NCBI GenBank assembly: GCA_963665295.1
Contig: OY762209.1
Span: 1,312,001 to 1,376,000 of the forward strand
Origin: Syntrophorhabdaceae bacterium
GTDB taxonomy: Bacteria; Desulfobacterota; Syntrophorhabdia; Syntrophorhabdales; Syntrophorhabdaceae
Direction of reading: 5' to 3'
Length of the DNA: 64,000 nt
The translations under genes were made by a program, and so were the position numbers. Below, in pieces: positions 20,262-30,363 of this stretch. A model generated the notes under the pieces. It was not told where the DNA came from. It did no database searches and saw only the letters and a list, made by a program, of their open reading frames with translations. Each line of letters opens with the position of its first letter. Position 1 is the first letter of the stretch.

Positions 20262-22871
20262 TTGAGGAGGTTCGCGATGAGGGCGAGTACAGGGCTTAAC
20301 GGTCTCGATGAAGCGATTGATGGTCTCAGGGACGGAGACAACGTGGTATGGCAGGTGGACAAGGTGGAGGACTACGCCGGATTTGTCGGCGCCTTTGTGG
20401 AGCGCGCATTGGCGGAGAACAGGAAGGTGTGTTACATGAGGTTCGCCCTCCACAAGCCGCTCATCGACTACGACGGCCGGATCACGGTCCACGAACTCGA
20501 CGCGAGAAGCGGTTTTGAAGCCTTTTCGGCCCAGGTGCACGCCATAGCCACCGAGGAAGGGGGGAGCGCGTACTATGTATTCGACTGTCTCTCGGACCTG
20601 CTTTCCGCATGGGCCACCGACCTTATGATCGGCAACTTCTTCATGATCACCTGTCCTTACCTTTTTCAGATCGACGCTATCGCCTATTTTGGCCTTCTGA
20701 GGAACAGCCATTCATTCAAAACCGTGGCAAGGATCCGGGAAACCACCCAGGTGCTTCTCGACATATACGATACGGGCGACGACCTTTACGTTCACCCTCT
20801 GAAGGTGAGGGGACGGCATTCGGCCACCATGTTCCTTCCCCACAAGAAGGAAGGGGGCCGGTTCATCCCCGTGACGAGAAGCGGAGACGCCACGAGGCTC
20901 CTCACCTTTATTTCGGGCAGGGAAACGGAACAGGCGAAGAGGAACCTCGATTACTGGGACAGGCTTTTTCTCGACGTGGAAGAGCTCGTCCATAAAGACG
21001 GCCGGGAGGACGAGAAAAGGGAGATGCTCGATCACCTCTGCAAGATCATGATCGGCCGCGAAGAACGGATGCAGGAGCTTGCGCGCGACTATTTTACCCT
21101 GGAGGATCTGCTCGGCGTCAAGACGAGGCTTCTCGGCACGGGGTACATAGGGGGGAAATCGGCGGGCATGCTGGTGGCGAGGAAGATTCTCGGCAAAGAC
21201 GCACGTTTCGACTGGGCGACCTGTCTGGAGCCTCACGATTCTTTCTACATAGGGTCCGATGTCTTCTATACGTATCTCATCGAAAACGGCTGGTGGCAAC
21301 TCAGGACGCGCCAGAAGACAAAGGACGGCTATTTCGACGCGGCCCGGACCCTGAAGGAACAGATGAGGGAAGGGTCCTTCCCCGAGGAGATCGAAGAACA
21401 GTTCCGTCACCTTATCGAGTATTTCGGCCAGTCGCCCATTATCGTCCGTTCAAGCAGTCTCCTGGAAGACGCTTTCGGGAACGCCTTCGCGGGCAAGTAT
21501 GAAAGCATCTTCTGCGTCAACCAGGGAACGCCCGAAGAGCGGTACAAGGCCTTCAGGGATTCGGTGAGGAAGGTCTATGCGAGCACCATGAATGAGGACG
21601 CCCTTGCGTACCGTATGCAGAGGGGCCTCGATCAGCATGACGAGCAGATGGCGCTCCTCGTGCAGAGGGTTTCCGGATCGCACAGAAGCCGTTACTTTTT
21701 CCCCGACCTGGCCGGGGTGGGGATTTCCTACAATACCTTTGTGTGGCAGGAAGGCATGGACCCCCGGGCGGGTATGCTGCGGCTTGTTCTGGGGCTCGGC
21801 ACCCGCGCGGTCAACCGCGTGGAGAACGATTACCCTCGGATCGTCTCCCTCGATCAGCCCCTTCTCAGACCTCATGGGGGATTGGGAGACATGCGCAGGT
21901 ACTCGCAACACGATGTGGATGTGCTCGACGTGGAATCGAACATGCTTGAAACCGTCCCCTTCGAACGGATCGCAGTCGAAGACACGGGCCTTGACCTCGA
22001 TCTTTTCGGGGTGCGAGACCTTGATGCGGCGGCCCTTCTGAGGGAGAGGAAGGTGAAGGGCAGGGACCCCTGGATACTTACCTTCGAGAATCTCCTTTCC
22101 GCCACCACCTTTCCCGCGGTCATGCAGGAAATGCTCCGCTGCCTGGAGACGGCCTACGGCTATCCCGTGGACACGGAGTTCACCGTTAACTTTGCGGGGT
22201 CCGACAGGTTTCAGGTAAACCTGGTGCAGTGTCGTCCCCTTCAGACCAAGGGGGAAGGCAGGAGGGTAGTTATTGAGGACAATATCGCGGAAGACCGGGT
22301 TCTTTTTGCGTCGCAGGGTAATTTCATGGGGGGCAGCATAGCGCTGCCCGTGAGGCGCATCATCTATGTTGAGCCGGGGGCGTACCTCGGACTTTCCATC
22401 TCTGAAAGATATGACATTGCCCGCCTGATAGGAAAACTCAACAGGCAGGTGGGGGGCGCGGCGGACAGGTTACCTACCCTCCTCATGGGACCCGGCCGGT
22501 GGGGCACGACGACCCCGTCCCTGGGCATCCCCGTAAGGTTTGCGGAAATCAACAACATCTCCGTGCTCGTGGAGATCGAATACGAGACAGGCAGCCTCGT
22601 GCCCGAGCTTTCCTTCGGCACCCACTTTTTCCAGGACCTCGTGGAAACGGGTATCTTCTATGCGGCCATATTCCCGGAAAGGGCATCCTCCTCCTTTAAC
22701 CCCGGATGGATGGCGTCCACGAAAAACCGGTTCGCCTCACTCCTTCCGGAAAACGTCCATTACGAAAACGTCCTCAGGGTGTATGACGTGGAAGAAGGGA
22801 AACTTACCGTCATGGCGGATATCGTATCTCAGAGGGTGATCTGTTTCAGTCCTTCGAAAACAGACCAGTAG
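20262..22871 (+). CDS. PEP/pyruvate-binding (PPDK N-terminal ATP-grasp) domain protein
   Basis: IGGKSAG, VRSSSLLED...FAGKY, GLGTRAV, D.EF..N, QCRP, GPGRWG motifs. Confidence 0.88.
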   Translation: MRRFAMRASTGLNGLDEAIDGLRDGDNVVWQVDKVEDYAGFVGAFVERALAENRKVCYMRFALHKPLIDYDGRITVHELDARSGFEAFSAQVHAIATEEGGSAYYVFDCLSDLLSAWATDLMIGNFFMITCPYLFQIDAIAYFGLLRNSHSFKTVARIRETTQVLLDIYDTGDDLYVHPLKVRGRHSATMFLPHKKEGGRFIPVTRSGDATRLLTFISGRETEQAKRNLDYWDRLFLDVEELVHKDGREDEKREMLDHLCKIMIGREERMQELARDYFTLEDLLGVKTRLLGTGYIGGKSAGMLVARKILGKDARFDWATCLEPHDSFYIGSDVFYTYLIENGWWQLRTRQKTKDGYFDAARTLKEQMREGSFPEEIEEQFRHLIEYFGQSPIIVRSSSLLEDAFGNAFAGKYESIFCVNQGTPEERYKAFRDSVRKVYASTMNEDALAYRMQRGLDQHDEQMALLVQRVSGSHRSRYFFPDLAGVGISYNTFVWQEGMDPRAGMLRLVLGLGTRAVNRVENDYPRIVSLDQPLLRPHGGLGDMRRYSQHDVDVLDVESNMLETVPFERIAVEDTGLDLDLFGVRDLDAAALLRERKVKGRDPWILTFENLLSATTFPAVMQEMLRCLETAYGYPVDTEFTVNFAGSDRFQVNLVQCRPLQTKGEGRRVVIEDNIAEDRVLFASQGNFMGGSIALPVRRIIYVEPGAYLGLSISERYDIARLIGKLNRQVGGAADRLPTLLMGPGRWGTTTPSLGIPVRFAEINNISVLVEIEYETGSLVPELSFGTHFFQDLVETGIFYAAIFPERASSSFNPGWMASTKNRFASLLPENVHYENVLRVYDVEEGKLTVMADIVSQRVICFSPSKTDQ

Positions 22872-23707
22872 TCGGACCGGCTTTTCACCTCTCCTACAGG
22901 CAGGTGATCGAGCATCCAGGCTTTCCGGAGCCCCGGGAAGGAGAAACCCTTTCCCGCAAAATCATCGGTCCGCCTCAACTTCGAATAGTCGTAGACCATG
23001 GCCATGGCGTGGGTTTCGACCACGATGCCTTCCTCCCGGAGGGCTGCCACGGGGTTGAGCCCGCCGAAGACGAGCATACCCACCCTGCCCGGCGCCACGG
23101 GCACGTTGAGGAGCGGCCGGCCGGGCAACCCGAAGGTGACGGCGCGGCAGAAGCCGCATCTTTCGAGTGCGGAGCCGAGTCTTGCCGCATCATCGAGGCC
23201 CGCTTCCGGGATTTCCCTGAAGCTGGCGAGGACCTTGCCCCGACCATATCTCATGGCGCCCAGGACATCGGTCGTTCTGGTCTTCATGAGTATTTCCAGG
23301 GGCGCCGAAGCCGACGCCTCGTAACTGATCGCCGAGAGCCACCTTACGGGCCTGTCGTCCTCCACCTCCACAATACCGCCGAACCTCGATGAGACAGGTA
23401 CCCCGGCCCTTGCAAGCACCCCGTTAAGGGTCATGCTGCAGACCGTCCCCATACCCACCATGTTTTCGGGCACCGTGAACCGGCCGAGAGAGTCTCCCGG
23501 GCGCGCCACAACTATTTTTCCGCCCATGCCGTAAGGGGAGTCGAGGGCTGTTCCGAGAATCCCCAGGGCGGTCTCTGTTTCCTCTTCCGGTACGTAGGTG
23601 ACATTGAGTATTACCTTGCCGATACCTGTTTCCGAATCGAAGTCCGCGAGGTTCGCGAGATCTTCGATCCTCTTTGCCATAAAAACGATCCTTTCAAAAC
23701 CGAACAT
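22829..23707 (-). CDS. NrpR regulatory domain (DUF128) protein without HTH
   Basis: G.V.LN, GTVCSMTLNGVL..GVPV.SRFGG, I.Y..S..PLE, G.VLASFREIP, GGLNPVAAL.E.GI motifs. Confidence 0.85.
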   Translation of the reverse strand: MFGFERIVFMAKRIEDLANLADFDSETGIGKVILNVTYVPEEETETALGILGTALDSPYGMGGKIVVARPGDSLGRFTVPENMVGMGTVCSMTLNGVLARAGVPVSSRFGGIVEVEDDRPVRWLSAISYEASASAPLEILMKTRTTDVLGAMRYGRGKVLASFREIPEAGLDDAARLGSALERCGFCRAVTFGLPGRPLLNVPVAPGRVGMLVFGGLNPVAALREEGIVVETHAMAMVYDYSKLRRTDDFAGKGFSFPGLRKAWMLDHLPVGEVKSRSDYWSVFEGLKQITL

Positions 23708-23737
23708 ACCTTTTAACTTTTCCTCTCTCTACGGATT

Positions 23738-23772
23738 GCCCGGCTGCCGGGTGAATATCCCGGCAGCCGGGC
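23738..23772. terminator. GC-rich hairpin between gdhA and the DUF128 gene (terminator or RNA-stability element)
   Basis: GCCCGGCTGCCGGG-loop-CCCGGCAGCCGGGC perfect 14-bp stem; no U-tract on the gdhA strand. Confidence 0.5.
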
Positions 23773-23818
23773 TTCTCTATGTTTCCTGACGCCAGGCTCT
23801 GTCCTTTCTGATAACTGC

Positions 23819-25177
23819 TTATACTATGCCGTAAGCAAGCATTGAATTGGCGACCTTGAGGAAACCGGCGATGTTCGCGCCCGCGCTATAGTCGCCTTTA
23901 CGCCCATATGTTTCCGCTGCTTCGAGGCATGTGCCGTGTATGCTCTTCATTATTCCGAGGAGGCGGTTGTCCACTTCCTCCCGGGTCCATGACAGCTTGA
24001 TGCTGTTCTGGGTCATTTCCAGGCCGGATGTCGCTACCCCGCCCGCGTTTGATGCCTTGCCCGGGGCGAAGAGCACGTTGTTGTCCCGGTAAATCTTGAC
24101 CGCTTCCGGGGTGCACGGCATGTTCGCGCCCTCCGACACACAGATGCACCCGTTCTTCACGAGGGCCGCCGCATGTTCCTGGTCGAGCTCGTTCTGAGTC
24201 GCGCACGGAAGGGCCACATCCACCTTGATGCCCTGCTCGCGGATGACGTCCCACACGCTCGAACCTATGTAGCAAACCGCGTTCTTGTACTTGTCGGCAT
24301 ACTCGCTGATCCTGCCCCTTCGCACGTTCTTGAGGTCCATGAGGTAATTGACCTTTTCTCCGTTTATCCCTTCTTCGTCAATAATCGCGGAGCTGGAATC
24401 GCACAGGGTGACCACCTTGCCGCCCAACTGGCCGACCTTTTCCACTGCGTACTGGGCCACGTTTCCCGACCCGCTTATGGCCACGGTCTTGCCGGCAAAG
24501 TCGAGACCCCTGGTGGCAAGCATCTCCGCCGCAAAATAGACACAGCCGTAACCCGTTGCTTCCGGCCTCATAAGGCTTCCTCCGAACTCCAGTTGTTTGC
24601 CGGTGAGGACGCCCGTATGCTCGTTCATGATCTTTTTGTAATAGCCGTACATGTACCCTATCTCACGTCCGCCTACGCCTATGTCTCCCGCGGGCACGTC
24701 CGTGTCGGGTCCGATGTGCCGGTAAAGCTCTCTCATAAAGGAATGACAGAACCTCATGACCTCGTTATCCGATTTTCCCTTGGGGTCGAAATCGGCCCCG
24801 CCCTTCGCCCCACCCATGGGGAGGGTGGTAAGGGAATTCTTGAAGATCTGCTCGAAGCCGAGGAACTTGAGGATGCTGAGGTTGACCGACGGATGAAAGC
24901 GGAGGCCGCCCTTGTAAGGTCCTATGGCGTTGTTGAACTGGATCCTGAAGCCCCGGTTCACCTGTACCCGCCCCTTGTCGTCAACCCAGGGGACTCTGAA
25001 GATTATGGTACGGTCCGGCTCTACGAGCCTTTCGTATATTCTCGCTTTCACGAACTCCGGGTGCTTCACCGCAGTAGCTTCAAGGCTTTCGAAGACTTCC
25101 TCAACTGCCTGATGGAATTCAAACTCGTAGGGATCTGTTGATTTCACCCGGTCGACAATCTCGTTCAATATGGACAT
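23819..25177 (-). CDS. gdhA: NADP-specific glutamate dehydrogenase
   Basis: EFHQAV.EV, GPYKGGLRFHPSVN, GGAKGG, DVPAGDIGVG, RPEATGYG, GSGNVA motifs. Confidence 0.97.
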   Translation of the reverse strand: MSILNEIVDRVKSTDPYEFEFHQAVEEVFESLEATAVKHPEFVKARIYERLVEPDRTIIFRVPWVDDKGRVQVNRGFRIQFNNAIGPYKGGLRFHPSVNLSILKFLGFEQIFKNSLTTLPMGGAKGGADFDPKGKSDNEVMRFCHSFMRELYRHIGPDTDVPAGDIGVGGREIGYMYGYYKKIMNEHTGVLTGKQLEFGGSLMRPEATGYGCVYFAAEMLATRGLDFAGKTVAISGSGNVAQYAVEKVGQLGGKVVTLCDSSSAIIDEEGINGEKVNYLMDLKNVRRGRISEYADKYKNAVCYIGSSVWDVIREQGIKVDVALPCATQNELDQEHAAALVKNGCICVSEGANMPCTPEAVKIYRDNNVLFAPGKASNAGGVATSGLEMTQNSIKLSWTREEVDNRLLGIMKSIHGTCLEAAETYGRKGDYSAGANIAGFLKVANSMLAYGIV

Positions 25178-25548
25178 ACCCTCTCCTCCCTCTCTTCATG
25201 GTAATGGAATCGGCTTTTTCAAGCTGGCATTTCTTCTGCTGCCGTGCTCCTCGTGAGAGGTGCCTTTCGCATAAGAAAAACGTATATAAAAAAACAGATG
25301 GGCGAAGCCTTTGCAATCGGGTGGAACCTGTTTTCGCCATAGGGGAATACGCTATACATCGGGTAGGGTACTGCCTGATGGGACGGAGAAAGCACGGAAA
25401 GGAGCGGGTTGGGAGGGAAACAGGTCCTGTCCACCAGGGCGCTGAACAAGAAAAATGGTGTCGGTTCCGGGTAGGGGTGGCGCGGTAACTACGGGGACGC
25501 TACCGGTTCTTCCCTGATCTCCCTATAGTCGTAAACCTTGCCGGAGGG

Positions 25549-26238
25549 TCAGGAATTCTTCTGCATCCACTGGATTGCATAGGTAAGGAGGTCCATGCCG
25601 CTCGTGAGCCGCAGTTTCTCCTTGATATGGGACCGGTAGGACTCTATGGTTTTCACGCTGAGATGAAGCTCTTCAGCGATCTGCCTTGTGCCCATGCCCC
25701 GGCCGATCAACTGGAATACGGACAGTTCCCGGTCGCTCAAAAAGTCGAGAGGTGAAGCCGTCTTTTTCGTGTCGCCTTCCACGAGTTTTTCGAGCATCTT
25801 GGTGGCGATGGTGCTGCTCACGAATATTTCACCCGCCAGGACGCGGCGGATGCCGTCGAGCACCTTTTCCACGGCCTCCTGCTTCATGATGTATCCCCGC
25901 GCTCCCGCGCGCAGGGCGCGCTCGGCGAAGAGGGCCTCGTCGTGCATGGAGACCACGAGAGCCGGGAGCTCGTTGTATTTCAATTTGATATTCTTGAGAA
26001 GTTCAACACCGTCAACACCGGGCAAGGAAATATCGATGATTACCATATCGGGACCGATGGAGTCGATGAGTTCCATGGCCTTTCTGGCGTCCCCCGCCTC
26101 TCCTGCCACTGCAAGGTCGGGTTCCTGGTTGATGAGCATGGAGAGCCCTTTCCTCATGATAGGGTGATCGTCAACGATCAGTATCTTCTTCACACCGCCC
26201 TTTTCCCTCCGCTCCGCACCGAGTTCCATCCCTGTCAT
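25549..26238 (-). CDS. NarL/LuxR-family response regulator
   Basis: ILIVDDHP receiver; LSDRE..V...G....IA..L.LSVKTIESYR HTH. Confidence 0.95.
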   Translation of the reverse strand: MTGMELGAERREKGGVKKILIVDDHPIMRKGLSMLINQEPDLAVAGEAGDARKAMELIDSIGPDMVIIDISLPGVDGVELLKNIKLKYNELPALVVSMHDEALFAERALRAGARGYIMKQEAVEKVLDGIRRVLAGEIFVSSTIATKMLEKLVEGDTKKTASPLDFLSDRELSVFQLIGRGMGTRQIAEELHLSVKTIESYRSHIKEKLRLTSGMDLLTYAIQWMQKNS

Positions 26239-27824
26239 GCGCCCTCCTTTGCATTGCTGTCATTCATGAAGGAACAGGTGAGGAGGGTGCCGCCGTCCGG
26301 GCCGTCTCCGATGCTCAGAGAGGCGCCGATCATTGAGGCGCGGTAATTCATGATGTTTATGCCGATGCCGCTCCCGTACTTTACGGTGTTGGTGAAGCCT
26401 ACGCCGTTGTCTTTCACCGTGAGTATGTTCTGGTTCCCGTCCCTCCTGAATGTGATAGTCACGCTATTTCCTTTACCATGTTTGATCGCATTGCTCAAGG
26501 CCTCCTGGGCAATCCTGTAGAGGTGGACCGCCACCGCATTGTCATGAAAGAGGATCGGTTCGTCGCACACGAAGCGGCACTTGATGCCGAAAAGCCTTTC
26601 CGTGTTTGCCGCCAGTTCGAGAAGCCCGTTCATGAGCCCGTCCGCCTCCAGTCTCACCGGGTTGAGGCCCCTCGCAAAACCCCGGGTGAGGGTGATGGCC
26701 TGATCGATAAGGCCCACGATCTCCCGGGCGTCGTCGGGTCTCGCCTCCGCCCCGGAGCTTATCCGCCTTTCAAGGGCCTTGCTGAGAAAGCCTATTCCCG
26801 CGAGGTGCTGACACAGGCTGTCGTGGAGGTCCTGGCCGATCCTCCTCTGTTCCCTGCCGCTGATTTCGAGGATTTCCCTTTCCAGGCGCTTGCGGAGGGT
26901 GATGTCCCGCACCATGGCAAGGACCTCGTCTTCCCGGATCACCACGATACGCACCTCGAAGTCGCTCGCTCTTCCGTCGAGGACGATATGCTGCTCGAAA
27001 ACCTGCGCCCTTCCCGTGCTAAGGGCGCGGTTCACGTAAATCATGCCCTGTTCGAGCATCCGTCTCGGCAGGACTCCCTGCCGGTCGGAGAGTTCGAAGA
27101 CGCTCTTGCCCACAAGTGTCCCGAGAAACCCCGCGAAATTGGTGAAGTTCCCTTCGTGAACCCCGAGCACGGCGCCGGCCTTGTCTACCTGAAAGATGAG
27201 GTCGGGGATGGCGCTCAGAAGGGCCCTGTTCTTGACCTCGCTCTCATGAAGCGCTTCCTCGGCCCTTTTCCACTCCACGATCGCCCCCATTCTCTCCGCG
27301 ATCACATTGATGAGGCTCCGCTCCTCCTTGAGGAAAGGGCCCTCGTCCTTTTCAGGTCTCTGATCGAGGTAACACACATCGAGGGAACCCACGACGCTCC
27401 CGTGGGCGAGGATACGCTGGGACTGTCTCCACCGGGTTTCCCTGAAACCCGGTGTGGTGAAGACCTCTCCCTCCAGGGTTATGCGGCAGGATGTAATTTC
27501 CGGGTATTGCCACGCGTCGGGTATGATGCCCACAGTCTCCTGGAGGACTTCCCGAAGCGATATGCCGTGCTTCTCCACGATGCCCGATATGGAATAGAGG
27601 CAGTTAAGCTCTTTGACCCTCTCGCGGAGGTCATAGGCGGAGCCTTCGTCCGGCGTTCCCGCGCCTTCCCGGCACGGGGACCCCTTGAGGAAGGCAATCT
27701 CCCTTTCCGCTTCGGCGAGGGCGGCCGCGAGCTCCTCCCGCGTTCTCTTCCCGGACCGCGGGCGCACCTTTTCCTGTTTCTCTTCCCCGACTTTACGGGG
27801 GCTGTTACTCGACTTTGTGCTCAT
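26235..27824 (-). CDS. PAS sensor histidine kinase (HisKA_3 type)
   Basis: EQRRIGQDLHDSL, YRIAQEALSNAIKH, DNGVG, GIGINIM; start set at MSTKSS. Confidence 0.92.
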   Translation of the reverse strand: MSTKSSNSPRKVGEEKQEKVRPRSGKRTREELAAALAEAEREIAFLKGSPCREGAGTPDEGSAYDLRERVKELNCLYSISGIVEKHGISLREVLQETVGIIPDAWQYPEITSCRITLEGEVFTTPGFRETRWRQSQRILAHGSVVGSLDVCYLDQRPEKDEGPFLKEERSLINVIAERMGAIVEWKRAEEALHESEVKNRALLSAIPDLIFQVDKAGAVLGVHEGNFTNFAGFLGTLVGKSVFELSDRQGVLPRRMLEQGMIYVNRALSTGRAQVFEQHIVLDGRASDFEVRIVVIREDEVLAMVRDITLRKRLEREILEISGREQRRIGQDLHDSLCQHLAGIGFLSKALERRISSGAEARPDDAREIVGLIDQAITLTRGFARGLNPVRLEADGLMNGLLELAANTERLFGIKCRFVCDEPILFHDNAVAVHLYRIAQEALSNAIKHGKGNSVTITFRRDGNQNILTVKDNGVGFTNTVKYGSGIGINIMNYRASMIGASLSIGDGPDGGTLLTCSFMNDSNAKEGA

Positions 27825-28165
27825 GGCGTTCAGTATACCACAAGATCCCGCCCTCTTCGACAGGGCAGTGACCGCGGAGGCGGGCGGCGGCCCACCCGGA
27901 CGCGGCAAAAAAGCCCATTTCGTCCCGAATATCGTCATGTCACGGCAGGGCGTCGCCGGAGGACAAAAATGTTGACACCCCCTCTCACGGGTTGATACAA
28001 TTTGTATGGTTGCCGGGTTCATGAGCTGCGTACCGGGGACTGTCTTGCGGGGGGGCATGATGCAGGAAATTCACGTCACATCAATGATCCGTTCTTTTCA
28101 CAGGATTCTTTCTTTCGGCAGGGCTCCAGACAAGTTGAAATACATATTCACCCGGGAGGTGTAGG

Positions 28166-30292
28166 ATGAGAAAGGCCGCGTACGGATTGTGTGCCGTCGT
28201 GTTTCTCCTGATTTCCCTTGGCGCGGCTCACGGGGCCGGAACGCCGGGAACCCTGAAGTGGAGCTATTCCACGGGATCGTCGATCCAGTCTGTCCCCGCT
28301 ATCGGAGCGGACGGCATGATCTACGTGGGGTCCGGGGATTCCAAGCTCTATGCCTTGACTCCCAAGGGCGCCCGCAAGTGGGTCTACACGACGGGGTCTT
28401 CCATCGACTCCTCCCCTGCCATCGGGGCCGACGGCACGATCTACGTGGGGTCCTACGATACCAAACTCTATGCCCTGACTCCCAAGGGTCGCCTCAAGTG
28501 GGCCTATACCACGGCGGACACGATCCTTTCTTCACCCGCCATAGGGACCGACGGGACCATCTACGTGGGCTCGCTGGACGGCACGCTCCACGCGGTAAGC
28601 CCTGAAGGCGACGCCAAATGGACGTATCCGGCGGGGGAAGGCGGAATCGCCTATTCCTCCCCTGCCATCGGAGCGGACGGGACCATCTACGTGGGGTCAG
28701 GGGACGGCGTACTCCACGCGGTAAGCCCGGAAGGCGACCCCCTGTGGACTTACACGGCAGGAGACGGGATCTTCTATTCCTCCCCTGCCATCGGAGCGGA
28801 CGGGACCATCTATGTGGGATCGGACGACGGCATGCTCCACGCGGTAAGCCCTGAAGGCGAGGCGAAATGGACGTATCCGGCGGGAGAAAGCGGGATCTTC
28901 TCCTCCCCTGTCATCGGGAAGGACAATACCATCTACGTGGGGTCGGTAGGCGGCACGCTCCATGCGCTGAATGCTGCGGGCGACGTCAAATGGACCTGTC
29001 CGACAGGGGGTGAGATGGGGTTTTCCTCCCCTGCCATCGGAGCGGACGGAACCATCTATGTGGGATCGGGCGACGGCACACTCCAGGCGGTGAGCCCCGA
29101 AGGTGAGATCATATGGACCTATACGACAGAGCAGCCGTTCTGGTCTTCCCCTGTCATCGGGACGGACAATACCATCTACGTGGGGTCCATGGACGGGACG
29201 CTTCATGCCGTCTACATCGCATCCCCCGGCCCGGCGGACTCGCCCTGGCCCGTGTTCCATCACGATCTTAAGCATACAGGCAACGCAGCGGCCCTTTCCC
29301 TCCTCACCCTCGCCAAAACCGGCGCCGGTTCAGGCGCGGTGACGAGCAATCCCGCGGGTATCGATTGCGGGGGCGCGTGCTCCCATTCATTTATCGACGG
29401 GACCACGGTGACCCTCACCGCAACCGCTTCTTCCGGTTCGATCTTCAAGTCCTGGTCCGGCTGTGCCTCGGTTTCGGGGGCCACATGCACCATAGTGACA
29501 AACGGCGCAAAGACAATCACGGCGAAGTTCGATATCCCGAACCCCCTCAAGCTCACCGTATCCAAGGTGAAGCAGTCGGGCGGGGACGGCACGGTGACGA
29601 GTACCCCTGCGGGTATCGACTGCGGCAAGACCTGCTCCGCCCTCTACGGGCCGGGTACTTCCGTAACCCTCAACGTTGACGTGGGTGCTGCGTCCACCTT
29701 TCTTGGCTGGTCCCTCTCCACGTGCCCGGGTATAGGTCCCTGCACCTTCACCTTGGACAAGGCCCAGACGGTGAAGGCCATATTCATGGGGCCCCAGGCC
29801 CTCACGGTGAAGAACACCCCGGTGAGCAAAGGCAAGGGCACGGTGACAAGCAAACCCGAAGGCATCGACTGCGGCACAACGTGCAAGTACGGTTTCATCT
29901 ACAAAAGCGAGGTGAGCCTCACCGCCTCCGCCGATTCCACGTCCAATTCCGTATTCTCGGGCTGGTCCGGGGCGTGCACCGGCACAGGCGCCTGCACCGT
30001 CACCATGGACAAGGCACAGACCGTAAAGGCCTCGTTCACAGGCCCCTTGACCCTCACCGTGAAGAACACCTCGGTGAGCAAAGGCAAGGGCACGGTGACA
30101 AGCAATCCCGCGGGTATCGACTGCGGCACTTCGTGCAAGTACAATTTTGCCTATAAAAGCGGGGTGACCCTCACTGCACAGGCTGAACCGAACTCCACCT
30201 TCTCGGGCTGGTCCGGGGCGTGCACCGGCGTTGACCTCTGCGTAGTCACCATGGATAAGGCAAAGACCGTCACCGCGAAGTTCACGAAGTGA
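28166..30292 (+). CDS. Surface protein: PQQ-like beta-propeller repeats plus four InlB B-repeat-like domains
   Basis: Repeated SSPAIGADGTIYVGS.D..L.A..P.G..KW.Y; WP.F.HD..HTG; C-terminal GTVTS.P.GIDCG repeats. Confidence 0.92.
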   Translation: MRKAAYGLCAVVFLLISLGAAHGAGTPGTLKWSYSTGSSIQSVPAIGADGMIYVGSGDSKLYALTPKGARKWVYTTGSSIDSSPAIGADGTIYVGSYDTKLYALTPKGRLKWAYTTADTILSSPAIGTDGTIYVGSLDGTLHAVSPEGDAKWTYPAGEGGIAYSSPAIGADGTIYVGSGDGVLHAVSPEGDPLWTYTAGDGIFYSSPAIGADGTIYVGSDDGMLHAVSPEGEAKWTYPAGESGIFSSPVIGKDNTIYVGSVGGTLHALNAAGDVKWTCPTGGEMGFSSPAIGADGTIYVGSGDGTLQAVSPEGEIIWTYTTEQPFWSSPVIGTDNTIYVGSMDGTLHAVYIASPGPADSPWPVFHHDLKHTGNAAALSLLTLAKTGAGSGAVTSNPAGIDCGGACSHSFIDGTTVTLTATASSGSIFKSWSGCASVSGATCTIVTNGAKTITAKFDIPNPLKLTVSKVKQSGGDGTVTSTPAGIDCGKTCSALYGPGTSVTLNVDVGAASTFLGWSLSTCPGIGPCTFTLDKAQTVKAIFMGPQALTVKNTPVSKGKGTVTSKPEGIDCGTTCKYGFIYKSEVSLTASADSTSNSVFSGWSGACTGTGACTVTMDKAQTVKASFTGPLTLTVKNTSVSKGKGTVTSNPAGIDCGTSCKYNFAYKSGVTLTAQAEPNSTFSGWSGACTGVDLCVVTMDKAKTVTAKFTK

Positions 30293-30363
30293 TGGCGGGC
30301 CCGAGCCCGGAATGAGTACCCTTCGCTGAATAGAGGGTGTGCTTGCAAAGGCGTGGTCCCGGC

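Noticed and set aside
25323..25336. NrpR operator GGAA-N6-TTCC upstream of gdhA
   Set aside because: Only a mismatched GGAA-N6-TTCG, and the local NrpR-like protein lacks a DNA-binding domain.
26478..27995. Long antisense ORFs (e.g. 26478-27995, 61069-62382, 60083-61216, 24173-25141)
   Set aside because: They are shadows of well-supported genes on the opposite strand in GC-rich DNA and carry no motifs.
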